Shown here piece after piece: positions 7,153 to 16,290 of a stretch of 26,679 nt of DNA (positions are counted from its first letter, which is position 1; each line of letters begins with the position of its first letter). Source of the DNA: an uncultured Gammaproteobacteria bacterium (GTDB lineage Bacteria; Patescibacteriota; Patescibacteriia; Patescibacteriales; UBA12465). Below the pieces are notes generated by a model that saw nothing but the letters and a program-made list of their open reading frames with translations, was not told the origin of the DNA and made no database searches. The position numbers and the translations under genes are program-made. The stretch is from the NCBI GenBank assembly GCA_964643165.1, contig CAZXPO010000001.1, positions 1-26,679 on the forward strand, in the 5' to 3' direction.

Positions 7153-8229
7153 TCACGAAAGTAGTCCTGGGGCAATAATCATCGCATCGCCATAACTAAA
7201 GAAACGATATTTCTTTTGAACTGCTATTTTGTAGGCTTCGGCGATTTGCTCCTTACCGGCAAAAGTGGAAATTAGGATTAAAAGAGTCGATTTTGGCAAA
7301 TGAAAATTAGTAATCAAGCCATCTATAACTTTAAATTGATAACCGGGACGGATAAAAATATCAGTAAATTTTGCAAATTCCTTCGCTTCTCCTTTTTTAA
7401 AATAATCAGATTCACTGGCCCAAGCTTCCAAGGTGCGACAAGCGGTAGTGCCAACCGCAAAAACTCTTCGACCAGATTTTTTGGCAGCAATAATTTTTTG
7501 AGCGGTTGCTAAAGATATCTCAGCATATTCACTATGCATTTTGTGCTCATTGAGATTTTCGGTTTTAACCGGCAAAAAAGTGCCAAGACCAACATGTAAA
7601 GTAACGTTTAGTATTTCTACGCCCAAAGCACTAATTTCTTTTAATAATTCTGGCGTAAAGTGGAGCCCGGCAGTTGGTGCGGCAGCTGAACCTAATTTTT
7701 TGTCATCGGCATAAACCGTTTGATAACGCTTTCTTTCAAATTCTTCATCATGAATACTTTTGATATAAGGAGGAAGCGGTGTGTGTCCAAATTTAAAAAT
7801 TGCTTTCATCAACACATCTCCTTGTAAACTAAACTTTACTTGCCAAACATTTTCTCGATTATTAATTGCCGTAGCGAAAAATTTATCTTCGGCACTGAAT
7901 TCTATTTCCGTTTGCGGTTTTACTTTGCCGCCAATCAAGCACTCCCAAGTGTCTTCATTTATTTTTTGATGAAGAAAAACTTCCACCTGTCCGCCAGTGT
8001 TTTTCTTTTTCCCCAACAAACGAGCTGGAAAAACTTTTGAATCATTAACTATTAATAAATCTCCCGCCTTTAATAATTTTGGCAAATCAAAAAAATGCTG
8101 ATGGGAAATTTTTCCCTTAGCAGAATCCAAAACCAATAGCCGCGAATGATCTCTGGGGACCATTGCTTCTTGAGCAATTAACTCTGGCGGTAAAATATAA
8201 TCAAAATCGCTTAATTGATAATCATTCAT
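7153..8229 (-). CDS. queA: S-adenosylmethionine:tRNA ribosyltransferase-isomerase
   Basis: FDYILPPELIAQ, PLPPYI, RYQTVYA, AAAPTAGLHFT, TLHVGLGTF, AVGTT, TNFHLPKSTL, YRFFSYGDAM. Confidence 0.97.
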   Translation of the reverse strand: MNDYQLSDFDYILPPELIAQEAMVPRDHSRLLVLDSAKGKISHQHFFDLPKLLKAGDLLIVNDSKVFPARLLGKKKNTGGQVEVFLHQKINEDTWECLIGGKVKPQTEIEFSAEDKFFATAINNRENVWQVKFSLQGDVLMKAIFKFGHTPLPPYIKSIHDEEFERKRYQTVYADDKKLGSAAAPTAGLHFTPELLKEISALGVEILNVTLHVGLGTFLPVKTENLNEHKMHSEYAEISLATAQKIIAAKKSGRRVFAVGTTACRTLEAWASESDYFKKGEAKEFAKFTDIFIRPGYQFKVIDGLITNFHLPKSTLLILISTFAGKEQIAEAYKIAVQKKYRFFSYGDAMIIAPGLLS

Positions 8230-9248
8230 AATCCCAAATGTTTTCTTGCTAATTCGGTGGCGACTCGGCCGCGCGGCGTTCTGTCTAAAAATCCTAATTG
8301 CAATAAATATGGCTCATAAACATTTTCGATCGTCTCAATCTCTTCGCCAGTACTAGCGGCAAGCGTATTTAAGCCGACCGGACCCCCAGAAAATTTTTTT
8401 AAAATAGTGGTCAATAATTTTCGATCAACAGCATCCAAACCCAGAGAATCAACCTCCATCAAAGAAAAAGCTTCCAGGCAACGTTTTTGGTCAATCTTTC
8501 CGCCGCCGTGAAAATCACAAAAATCTCTCACCCTTCTTAACAAACGATTAGCAATTCTTGGCGTGCGGCGGGCCCGAGAAGAAATTTCTTCAATTGCTTC
8601 TGGTGTGATATCAACCTTGAGCAATCCAGCGCTGCGTTTGATGATTTGCGCCAAATCTTTTTCTTGATAAAAATCCAAATGATGAATTAGACCGAAACGA
8701 TCGCGCAAAGGAGCAGAAAGCAAGCTAGCCAAAGTGGTGGCGCCAATAATTGTGAAGTGCGGCAAATCCAAACGCAAAGTTCTCGCGCTCGGACCTTTGC
8801 CCATCACAATATCTAAAGCAAAATCTTCCATCGCCGGATAAAGAACTTCTTCGATATTTTTGTTTAGGCGATGAATTTCATCAATAAACAAGAAATCTCC
8901 TTCTTCCAGATTACTGAGAATTGCCGCCAAGTCACCAGTCTTTTCAATCGCCGGACCAGAAGTAATTCGCAAATTTGCCCCAGCTTCATTGGCAATGACG
9001 TGCGCCAAGGTGGTCTTTCCTAATCCTGGAGCACCATAAAGCAAAACATGTTCGATTGTTTCTTGGCGATTTTTTGCCGCCCCGAGAGTAATTTTCAAAC
9101 TGGTTTTTATTTTTTCCTGGCCAACATAATCAATAAAATTCTTCGGACGCAAAGAACGGTCGAAAGCTTCTTCATTTTTTTTGCCGACCGGAGAAATCAC
9201 TCTTTCTTCATCGTCAATTTCATTAATTATTTCTTCTGCAATAGACAT
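8226..9248 (-). CDS. ruvB: Holliday junction branch migration ATPase RuvB
   Basis: SLRPKNF, GAPGLGKTTLA, FIDEIHRL, IGATT, PLRDRFG, RRTPRIANRLL, YEPYLLQLGFLDRTPRGR. TGA stop overlaps the queA ATG (ATGA). Confidence 0.98.
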   Translation of the reverse strand: MSIAEEIINEIDDEERVISPVGKKNEEAFDRSLRPKNFIDYVGQEKIKTSLKITLGAAKNRQETIEHVLLYGAPGLGKTTLAHVIANEAGANLRITSGPAIEKTGDLAAILSNLEEGDFLFIDEIHRLNKNIEEVLYPAMEDFALDIVMGKGPSARTLRLDLPHFTIIGATTLASLLSAPLRDRFGLIHHLDFYQEKDLAQIIKRSAGLLKVDITPEAIEEISSRARRTPRIANRLLRRVRDFCDFHGGGKIDQKRCLEAFSLMEVDSLGLDAVDRKLLTTILKKFSGGPVGLNTLAASTGEEIETIENVYEPYLLQLGFLDRTPRGRVATELARKHLGL

Positions 9249-9251
9249 ATA

Positions 9252-12197
9252 TTATAGTTTAGCAAATTCACAAATTCCTTTAAAATCACAAAACTTGCAC
9301 ATCTCGCCTGGCTTGGCTGGGAATTGCCCCTTTTTAATGGCTGCAATTTCTTCCCCAATTTCTTGGCGTAATTTTTCTTTTTCTTTTTCACTTGCTTCAA
9401 AAGAAACCACACTGCCGTTTTCCAAATAGTAATAACTGAGACGAGCAATTTCTCTGCCTAAAAATTCTTCCAAAAATAATTGATAAAGAATCAACTGGCG
9501 GCGAGCTTCGTAATCCAATTTTTCTTTGGGGTTGCCGGTTTTGTAATCCACAATCTCCAATCGTCCATCCGGCAAAATATCAACCCGGTCAATTGCTCCC
9601 TTCATTATTTCGCCAGAAATCTTGAAAGAAAAACGTTTCTCCAAAAATAAAATTTCTCGATTCTCCAAGCCCTGCCAATATTGCCAGAATAGTTCCAAGG
9701 ATTTTTTTCCTTTTGCCAAAAATTCTTCCCGCTGTTCTTTGGTATCATAGCCATCGGATTGCCAACGCTCTTTGAAAATCGCCATTAATCTATTTTTGTT
9801 AAGTGGCGAATCTTTTTCTGCGCCGAACAAACTAGTTTGCAAAGCTTGCCGGCCAGAAATTAAAGGAGACAAAAAATCAAAAAGTACTGAATGCATCACT
9901 CTTCCAAAAATCAAACTAGGCTTATCCTCAGGTGCTGGAATTTTCAAAATAAAAGCAAACTTGTATTGCAAAGGACAATTACTAAACGCCGCCAACTGCG
10001 AAAAAGAAAATTGTTCCGGAATAACCAGTGGTTCATCTTTGATATTTTCCGGTTCTTCCAAGGCTGCCAAGTCGCGCAACAATTCCAACTTTCCAGAAAA
10101 CATTTCATCACTACTTACTTCGGTAATTTCTAGTCCCATCTCTGGAATAAAACGAGAAGGTTTTTTTTCACGTAAACCGCCATAATTTTTGGCGCCGGTA
10201 ATAAACAAGTTTTCTTTCGCCCTAGTGAGGGCTACATAGAATAAACGCCTCTCTTCTTCCAAATGAGCGTCTTTGCTTTCTACTACTTTTTCTTTTACCA
10301 ATTCGTCTGGCACGGAAATTTTTTCACTGCGGCCAATGGTTGGAAATTTTTTATCAACCGCATTAACCACAAAAACATTTTTGAATTCCAAACCTTTTGC
10401 CGCGTGAACGGTCATAATTTTCACTGAATCATCATCAGCAAAATCTAATTTCAAGGCACCGGTTTCACCCGCCGCAATTTCTAATTCCAAGATTTCCAGA
10501 AAATCTTTCAAACGGGCGTCCGGTAAATTCTCTTCAAAACTTTTTATCTTGCGATAGATTTGATTCAAATAAGAAAAAGATTCTTGATCGCGGTCATTGT
10601 CCAAATTTTTTAGCAATTCTGAATCATAAACAAATTGCACAAAAACTTTGCTTGGTTTTTTATTGGCCGCCAGTTCAGAATGCACTGCAATTAATTTTAA
10701 TAACTTGCTAATATTTTCTCTTGATTTTTCGGCAATCCCCGGAATTTCATTGGCGAAAGCCAGCGCTTCAAAAAGCGAAAGTACTTTTTTGTGGGCGAAT
10801 TTGTTAATGGTAATCAAGTCAGATTGTGAAACCTGAAAAACTTCCATATTCAAAACTCGGAAAAGCGCACTGGATTCATGGTAGTTATCCAACAATCGCA
10901 AATAAGAGAAACAATCAATAATTAAAGGCTTGTAGTATAGGCCGCGCAAAGAAACAAATTGATTCGGAATGTTGCGGCGATTTAGTTCTTTCACAAAAGC
11001 ATCGGCGGTGTCGTTGGCGCGAACCAAAATTGCAAAATCCTTCCAAGAATCTTCATGACGGCTGCTTATTTCTTCAGCCACAAAAGACAATTCTTCTTCT
11101 TGTCTAGAAAACTGCAAAAAACGCACCGCGGTTTCATCGCGATTTTCCCTAATCATCGACTTCAAACCTTTATTAATCTGTAATTTTTCTTCCAAGCGAT
11201 TTGGATTATTATTTTGAATAAAGCGATAAGCATAGTCCAAAATTTCTTGCTTGGAACGATAATTTTCTGTTAACACAACCTCTTCCGCTTTTGGAAAATC
11301 ATCTTTGAATTGCAAAATATTACTAATACTTGCCCCGCGGAATTTGTAGACCGCCTGATCATCATCACCAACCACCACCAAATTATTTTCTGGGGCAGCA
11401 AGTAGTTTTATTAATTCATACTGCGCCCAGTTGGTGTCCTGAAATTCATCAACCATCACATATTTGAATTGCTGGCGATAAAAATTCAAAATTTTTGGAC
11501 GTTCGTTTAAAAGTTTCAAACAATAAACAATTAAATCTCCAAAATCCAAAGCGCTTTCTTGCAGTAAGAGATTATTATAAACAACATAGGCATTAGCTAA
11601 TTCTTTGAGACGGCTCAATTCTGTTTCATCAATTAATTCATCTAAAATAATTTCTCCTTTTTTGCGTTTTGGATTATTAGCTTTTTCTAATTTTTCCACA
11701 TAAGCCAAATATTCTTCCGGGCTAATATTTTCATCTTTCAAACGAGAAAAATGGCGCAGTAATTCAGAAATAAATTTGGTTGGATTTCCTAACGGACGAT
11801 AATAATCCAATTTAAAAGCATTGAGATTCTTTTTCACCAAAATCCATTGTTCGGTGGAAGAAAGGAGTTTGAAGTCCGCCGGCAAACCGATATCCAAAGA
11901 ATGTTCTCGCAATAATCTTTCCGCAAAACCGTGAAAAGTGTGAATCCACAAATCAACATAGCCATAAGGCAAAATTTGATCTGCTCTTTCTTCTAGTTCG
12001 CTAGCTGCCTTTTCAGTGAAAGTAATTAAGAGAATATTTTCTGTGGAAACTTTTTTCTCCATAATTAAATAGGCTAGGCGATTAATCAAAACCGTGGTCT
12101 TGCCCGTACCGGCGCCAGCAACAATTAACAGCGGGCCGGATTCATGAGTAACCGCTTTTTTTTGAGCGCTATTTAATTTTTCCAAAGAAAAATCCAT
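9252..12197 (-). CDS. UvrD/PcrA-family SF1A helicase fused to a C-terminal PD-(D/E)XK (RecB/AddB/Cas4-like) nuclease with putative 4Fe-4S ligands
   Basis: AGAGTGKT, DEFQDTN, VGDDDQAVYKFRGA, ENYRS, MTVHAAKGLEF, EERRLFYVALTRAK; then CPLQYKF, GAIDRVD...IVDYKTG, QLILYQ, CKFCDFKGIC. Confidence 0.93.
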   Translation of the reverse strand: MDFSLEKLNSAQKKAVTHESGPLLIVAGAGTGKTTVLINRLAYLIMEKKVSTENILLITFTEKAASELEERADQILPYGYVDLWIHTFHGFAERLLREHSLDIGLPADFKLLSSTEQWILVKKNLNAFKLDYYRPLGNPTKFISELLRHFSRLKDENISPEEYLAYVEKLEKANNPKRKKGEIILDELIDETELSRLKELANAYVVYNNLLLQESALDFGDLIVYCLKLLNERPKILNFYRQQFKYVMVDEFQDTNWAQYELIKLLAAPENNLVVVGDDDQAVYKFRGASISNILQFKDDFPKAEEVVLTENYRSKQEILDYAYRFIQNNNPNRLEEKLQINKGLKSMIRENRDETAVRFLQFSRQEEELSFVAEEISSRHEDSWKDFAILVRANDTADAFVKELNRRNIPNQFVSLRGLYYKPLIIDCFSYLRLLDNYHESSALFRVLNMEVFQVSQSDLITINKFAHKKVLSLFEALAFANEIPGIAEKSRENISKLLKLIAVHSELAANKKPSKVFVQFVYDSELLKNLDNDRDQESFSYLNQIYRKIKSFEENLPDARLKDFLEILELEIAAGETGALKLDFADDDSVKIMTVHAAKGLEFKNVFVVNAVDKKFPTIGRSEKISVPDELVKEKVVESKDAHLEEERRLFYVALTRAKENLFITGAKNYGGLREKKPSRFIPEMGLEITEVSSDEMFSGKLELLRDLAALEEPENIKDEPLVIPEQFSFSQLAAFSNCPLQYKFAFILKIPAPEDKPSLIFGRVMHSVLFDFLSPLISGRQALQTSLFGAEKDSPLNKNRLMAIFKERWQSDGYDTKEQREEFLAKGKKSLELFWQYWQGLENREILFLEKRFSFKISGEIMKGAIDRVDILPDGRLEIVDYKTGNPKEKLDYEARRQLILYQLFLEEFLGREIARLSYYYLENGSVVSFEASEKEKEKLRQEIGEEIAAIKKGQFPAKPGEMCKFCDFKGICEFAKL

Positions 12198-12202
12198 AGA
12201 AT

Positions 12203-13474
12203 TTATTTAAATTTTTTCAAAATTGCTAACAGTTTTTTTTGATCTTTAATTGGTCCAATTAAAGCCAGATTAAGATTTTTTGGTTGAAAAATTTGTTTGG
12301 CTACTTTTTGCAAATCATCTGCTGTTACTGATTTTATTTTTTTCAAAAATTGTTCAGGACTAATAACTTCTTTTTTGAGAATAGTTTGAAAGCCATACCA
12401 GTTAGCAACATCATCACTGGCTTCCAATTGAATTGCTAAACGTCCAGAAGTTAAGTCTATCGCTTTTTTTATTTCTGAAGCAGGTATTTTTTCTTCTTTT
12501 ATTTTTCTAAATTCTTCCAAAACTGCCAAAAGAGCCTCTTCTAATTTTTCATTTTTTACACCAGCCACCGCGGTTAAGTAGCCGCAATCGGAATAAAATT
12601 CGACACTGGCGCGAACCGAATAGGCCAAGCCTCTTTTTTCACGAACCTCGGAAAACAAGCGGGAACTCATTGAACCGCCAAGAATTACACCTAATAATTT
12701 TGTTGCCACTTCTTCTTTTGAACCGGATTTAAAAGTGCGGACACCCAGAGAAAAAACTGTTTGCTCAATTTTTTTGTTAACCGCCAAAACTTGTGGAGAT
12801 TTTTGTCGTTCTTTGACCGCTAATTTATTCTGCCATTTGTTTTTTGGCAAAGCGGAAAAAAATTTTTCTGCTTGTTTTTTGATATCTTTTGGCAAATTAC
12901 CAGCAAAAACCAAAGTTGCGGAATTGGTGCCGTATTGAGATTTGAAATATTTGGCAAAATCTTGATGAGTCCAAGTTTTGATATTTTCTTTAAAGCCAAT
13001 CGTGTCCCAACCAGCTGGAGTGTCGCCATAAAGAATTTGCTCAAAAACATCTTCGATTTTCATCATCGGATTGGCGTCATACATATTTGCCTCCTCAATA
13101 ATCACCCCTCGCTCTTTGTTGATATCCTCGTCAGCAAATTTTGAATTAGTGACCATATCACTAATAATTTCCAAAGCTCGTGGGAATTTGGTGGCATCGG
13201 CTTTGATGTAATAACCGGTAAATTCTTTGGAAGTAAAAGCATTATATTCGCCGCCAATACTATCTAATTCACTGGAAATAAGAGCAGCATCAGGACGCTT
13301 TTCGGTCCCCTTAAACATCACGTGCTCCACAAAATGAGAAATTCCGCTGGTTTGGCGGTTTTCATATTTTGAACCAGTTTTATAAATAATCAAGACAGTT
13401 GCCGTTCTAGTACCGGGCATCGGAGCCTCAATAAAGCGCAAGCCATTGGATAATTTCTGGTCTTTTATTTTCAT
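12203..13474 (-). CDS. M16 (pitrilysin/insulinase) family zinc peptidase
   Basis: Inverted Zn motif HFVEH, NAFTSKEFTGYY, ERGVIIEE, GGSMSSRLFSEVREKRGLAYSV. Confidence 0.95.
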   Translation of the reverse strand: MKIKDQKLSNGLRFIEAPMPGTRTATVLIIYKTGSKYENRQTSGISHFVEHVMFKGTEKRPDAALISSELDSIGGEYNAFTSKEFTGYYIKADATKFPRALEIISDMVTNSKFADEDINKERGVIIEEANMYDANPMMKIEDVFEQILYGDTPAGWDTIGFKENIKTWTHQDFAKYFKSQYGTNSATLVFAGNLPKDIKKQAEKFFSALPKNKWQNKLAVKERQKSPQVLAVNKKIEQTVFSLGVRTFKSGSKEEVATKLLGVILGGSMSSRLFSEVREKRGLAYSVRASVEFYSDCGYLTAVAGVKNEKLEEALLAVLEEFRKIKEEKIPASEIKKAIDLTSGRLAIQLEASDDVANWYGFQTILKKEVISPEQFLKKIKSVTADDLQKVAKQIFQPKNLNLALIGPIKDQKKLLAILKKFK

Positions 13475-13477
13475 ATT

Positions 13478-14248
13478 TTAAAATTGTTTTAAATATTCAC
13501 TAAATAACATTACTTTTTTTGAATCACTTGGATTAAACAAAAAAGGTTCAACATCTTTTGCTAATAATTCTAAATCTGTTTTTTTTAATTCCGCCAATAA
13601 TTTTTCTTTTACTTCAAGCCAATTATTAACGCCGATTTTGAGCTTCAAATAATCATAATTCGGCTTGGTCAGGCTAAATAAAAAAATGGTGTCAAAAAAA
13701 TCTCTTCCCTTGGAGCGCTTGCGATTAAAAATCGTATAAATTTTTTGCGACAACAAAATATCCAAAGGAGTAGAAAAAATCTGAGTAAAAACATCAAATT
13801 TGTTAATAATTATTTTGTCTGGCTGATATTGAAAATCATGTGGAGCAGTATCTATTTGAATTAAAATTTTTTCATCAGGCATTAAAGATAATTCATTATC
13901 TAGAAGAATTCTCGGTATTTTAAGATAACAACGGAAAGCGCCCTTAAAAACATTTTTTATTTCTACAACGAAACCAAGTTTTTGCATGCCATTTTTTATC
14001 TCTGCGGTTAATTCTATAAATTCCTTCTCGGTTAAACCAAAATTATCAAAATCAAGATCTTCGGAAAATCTGCTATTTCCATGGACAATCCGCAAGGCCG
14101 TACCGCCCAAAAAAGATAACTTGTTGGCAAAAGGAGAATTAAAAATAATTTCTAAAATTTTGTATTGCAAATACTCACGCAAAATATTGCGCTTGAAGGG
14201 GCGTAAGTTTTCTGGATATTGTTTTTCTATTTCTTTAAGCGTTAACAT
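13478..14248 (-). CDS. abiEii: AbiEii-family nucleotidyltransferase toxin (type IV TA / abortive infection)
   Basis: FLGGTALR...RFSEDLDF, K....R..GRDFFD. ATG 14248 preferred over 14254. Confidence 0.9.
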   Translation of the reverse strand: MLTLKEIEKQYPENLRPFKRNILREYLQYKILEIIFNSPFANKLSFLGGTALRIVHGNSRFSEDLDFDNFGLTEKEFIELTAEIKNGMQKLGFVVEIKNVFKGAFRCYLKIPRILLDNELSLMPDEKILIQIDTAPHDFQYQPDKIIINKFDVFTQIFSTPLDILLSQKIYTIFNRKRSKGRDFFDTIFLFSLTKPNYDYLKLKIGVNNWLEVKEKLLAELKKTDLELLAKDVEPFLFNPSDSKKVMLFSEYLKQF

Positions 14249-14858
14249 AATCAATAAATTCCAATAATTTTTTAGCCCGCTTTTCTAAGCTCTTATTATT
14301 AAAAGCTGCTAAATATTTTTCAAATTTTTTCTGATTTATCTTTGTTTTAAATTCATCTTTATTGATTCGGAGCTCGGAAAAATCTGCCTTTGATTTGAAT
14401 TGTGGATAAATATAAAGAAAATCGAGCACAGCTTTTTCCGCATCTGCCATTTTGTAAGTAATCCCGCCGGAGATTATAAGTTGATAACCAAAAATTAATT
14501 CGGACTTCAAATGATGATAAATAAATTCACCAATTTCAGTTTTAAATTTTTTTGTTTTTCCGGCGGCAGCAGAAGTAATTCCATAAACACTTTCCGGAAT
14601 TAAACCATAAAAAGACAGGGCCATTTCAAAAGAAATATACGAAGGGGAATATATTTTATTGGCAATTAAAAACAAAACTGATTCGTTCAATTCTTGGTCG
14701 GAAAAAAAATAAAAATCACGACGAAGCTTTTTGAGATAGTTTTTGTTTTGCCAATCATTCAAACGGGAACGATAAAAAGACTGATCAATTTTACGAATAT
14801 CTTGCGAAGAAAAAACAATATAGTCTTTCAAAGCCTCTTTTAGTTCTAAATATTGCAT
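14235..14858 (-). CDS. abiEi: AbiEi-family antitoxin / transcriptional regulator
   Basis: N-terminal wHTH-like region, PSYISFEMALSFYGLIPE, ADAEKAVLDFLY; directly upstream of and overlapping abiEii. ATG 14858 preferred over TTG 14870. Confidence 0.88.
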   Translation of the reverse strand: MQYLELKEALKDYIVFSSQDIRKIDQSFYRSRLNDWQNKNYLKKLRRDFYFFSDQELNESVLFLIANKIYSPSYISFEMALSFYGLIPESVYGITSAAAGKTKKFKTEIGEFIYHHLKSELIFGYQLIISGGITYKMADAEKAVLDFLYIYPQFKSKADFSELRINKDEFKTKINQKKFEKYLAAFNNKSLEKRAKKLLEFIDYVNA

Positions 14859-14864
14859 ACTTAT

Positions 14865-14898
14865 TTCCAATAAATACGATATTTCGTATTCTTTGGAA
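14865..14898. promoter_or_regulatory. Inverted repeat, probable AbiEi operator
   Basis: TTCCAATAAATACGA-TATT-TCGTATTCTTTGGAA: 15-bp arms with 13 matching, between the -10 and the start codon. Confidence 0.7.
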
Positions 14899-14900
14899 TT

Positions 14901-14929
14901 ATAATATCATATTTTTAAATAGTTTGCAA
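14901..14929 (-). promoter_or_regulatory. sigma70 promoter of abiEi-abiEii
   Basis: Minus strand TTGCAA-N17-TATTAT with extended -10 (TGaTATTAT). Confidence 0.65.
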
Positions 14930-14962
14930 GTAATAAATTTCGGTTTCAAATCCGTGCCTCTC

Positions 14963-14991
14963 TTCTAAATTTAACACATCCTTGCTATAAT
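14963..14991 (+). promoter_or_regulatory. Promoter of radC
   Basis: Extended -10 TGcTATAAT (14983-14991); weak -35 TTCTAA at 17-nt spacing. Confidence 0.6.
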
Positions 14992-15019
14992 TGAAACAAA
15001 TCAATAATTTTTCTTCCTT

Positions 15020-15745
15020 ATGTCAAACTATAAACTTCAAGACCATGATTTCGTTTTAAATTCAGATAAAAAATATTCTTTGCGCGTCAAAGAATTAGAA
15101 ATCAAAGATCGCCCCAGAGAAAAAATGATGGAAAGAGGCCCGGAAGAACTTTCGGTTTCTGAATTGCTTTCGATCGTGCTTAGTGTCGGCACCAAAAAAG
15201 AAGAAGTTTCGGCCATGAGCTCCCGCTTACTAAAAGAATACGGCGAAAAAACCTTAATCAACCAACGCGACCCAAAAATAATTAGCAAGGAACTAGATAT
15301 TCCGATTGTTAAAGCTTGCCAAATTGTCGCTTGTTTTGAATTGGGCCGCCGTTTTTATGAAAAAAAGAGCCATGGTTCCGTTGCCATCAAAAGCGCCAAA
15401 GAAGCTTTTGAATATTTAAAAGACATGAGGGCTTTGCCAAAAGAACATTTCCGCGGCCTGTATCTCAATAGCCAATACAAAATTGTCCATGACGAAGTGA
15501 TTTCCATTGGCAGCTTAACTTCCAGCATTGTTCATCCGCGAGAAGTATTCAAGCCAGCTCTAGAATATTCTGCAGTAGCAATTATCATTGCTCACAATCA
15601 CCCTTCCGGTGCTCTAAAAATCACGGAGGCCGACTTGGAAGTCACTCAAAAATTAGCGGAAGCTGGTCAAATTTTAGGAATAGACCTTTTGGATCATCTG
15701 ATTATTGCCAAAAATAAATTTGTCAGCATTCCCTTCAAAATTTAA
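15020..15745 (+). CDS. radC: RadC (UPF0758) JAB-domain protein, full length
   Basis: RPREKM..RGPEELSVSELLSIVL, KEHFRGLYLN, VHPREVFKPA, AHNHPSG, LLDHLII. Confidence 0.95.
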   Translation: MSNYKLQDHDFVLNSDKKYSLRVKELEIKDRPREKMMERGPEELSVSELLSIVLSVGTKKEEVSAMSSRLLKEYGEKTLINQRDPKIISKELDIPIVKACQIVACFELGRRFYEKKSHGSVAIKSAKEAFEYLKDMRALPKEHFRGLYLNSQYKIVHDEVISIGSLTSSIVHPREVFKPALEYSAVAIIIAHNHPSGALKITEADLEVTQKLAEAGQILGIDLLDHLIIAKNKFVSIPFKI

Positions 15746-15766
15746 AAAATATTTTCTCAAACAAAA

Positions 15767-15788
15767 GAAGCCTCTAATAAGAGGCTTC
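15767..15788. terminator. Hairpin between convergent radC and 15774..16235; probable terminator
   Basis: GAAGCCTCT-AATA-AGAGGCTTC (9-bp stem), followed by TTTTGTTT on the minus strand; overlaps the last codons and TAG of the minus-strand gene. Confidence 0.7.
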
Positions 15789-16235
15789 GATTTTAATTTT
15801 TTTTGTTTTTTTAGCTTTTGGAATAACCACGAAATTTTCACTTGATACAAACAAACGACCACAAGTTTTAATATTTAATGGTCTTCCTGAACCGCGCTTA
15901 GTAACTGAAACGACCAGGAAATTGTCACCCTTTTTTGTCAAAAAGAAAGTGATTTTTTTGCTTAATTTTTCTCGATTACGATTACAAAATCCGGCTATTT
16001 GTCCGCGAGACAAGTGCAGATTTTTCAAATCGCCAAAATAAGAAAAGATCGACAAAAAAGTGGAATCTTCATTAATTTTATAAACACTTACTTCTAAAGC
16101 CCCTCGCGAAGCTTTCATTTTTTTACTAGGATTTGCTCCTGATTTAAAAATTCTTTTCGCTTCAACTACTGAAGAGTTGATTTTTATTCCAGAAAAAACT
16201 TTTTCTAGGAATTGTTCATTTTCTCCCTTTTCCAT
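15774..16235 (-). CDS. Hypothetical protein, paralogue A of a three-gene family
   Basis: Clean 153-aa ORF with its own -10; shares VY.I...F...LS.GQI..FC...FFLTKK...V...VIP pattern with 16759..17352. Confidence 0.75.
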   Translation of the reverse strand: MEKGENEQFLEKVFSGIKINSSVVEAKRIFKSGANPSKKMKASRGALEVSVYKINEDSTFLSIFSYFGDLKNLHLSRGQIAGFCNRNREKLSKKITFFLTKKGDNFLVVSVTKRGSGRPLNIKTCGRLFVSSENFVVIPKAKKTKKIKIEASY

Positions 16236-16267
16236 GATATATACTTTTTGTTAAACAACTAATAATT

Positions 16268-16276
16268 ATTATAACA
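16268..16276 (-). promoter_or_regulatory. Extended -10 promoter for paralogue A
   Basis: Minus strand TGtTATAAT, 32 nt before the ATG at 16235. Confidence 0.6.
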
Positions 16277-16290
16277 AAAATTCATAAAGA

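Noticed and set aside
7153-9248. Recoded TGA (code 25/4) as in some CPR lineages
   Set aside because: queA and ruvB end on TGA at their conserved C-termini, and long genes are uninterrupted under code 11.
9252-10000. Cas4 / CRISPR system
   Set aside because: The Cas4-like Fe-S nuclease is fused to UvrD; there is no cas1/cas2 and no repeat-spacer array.
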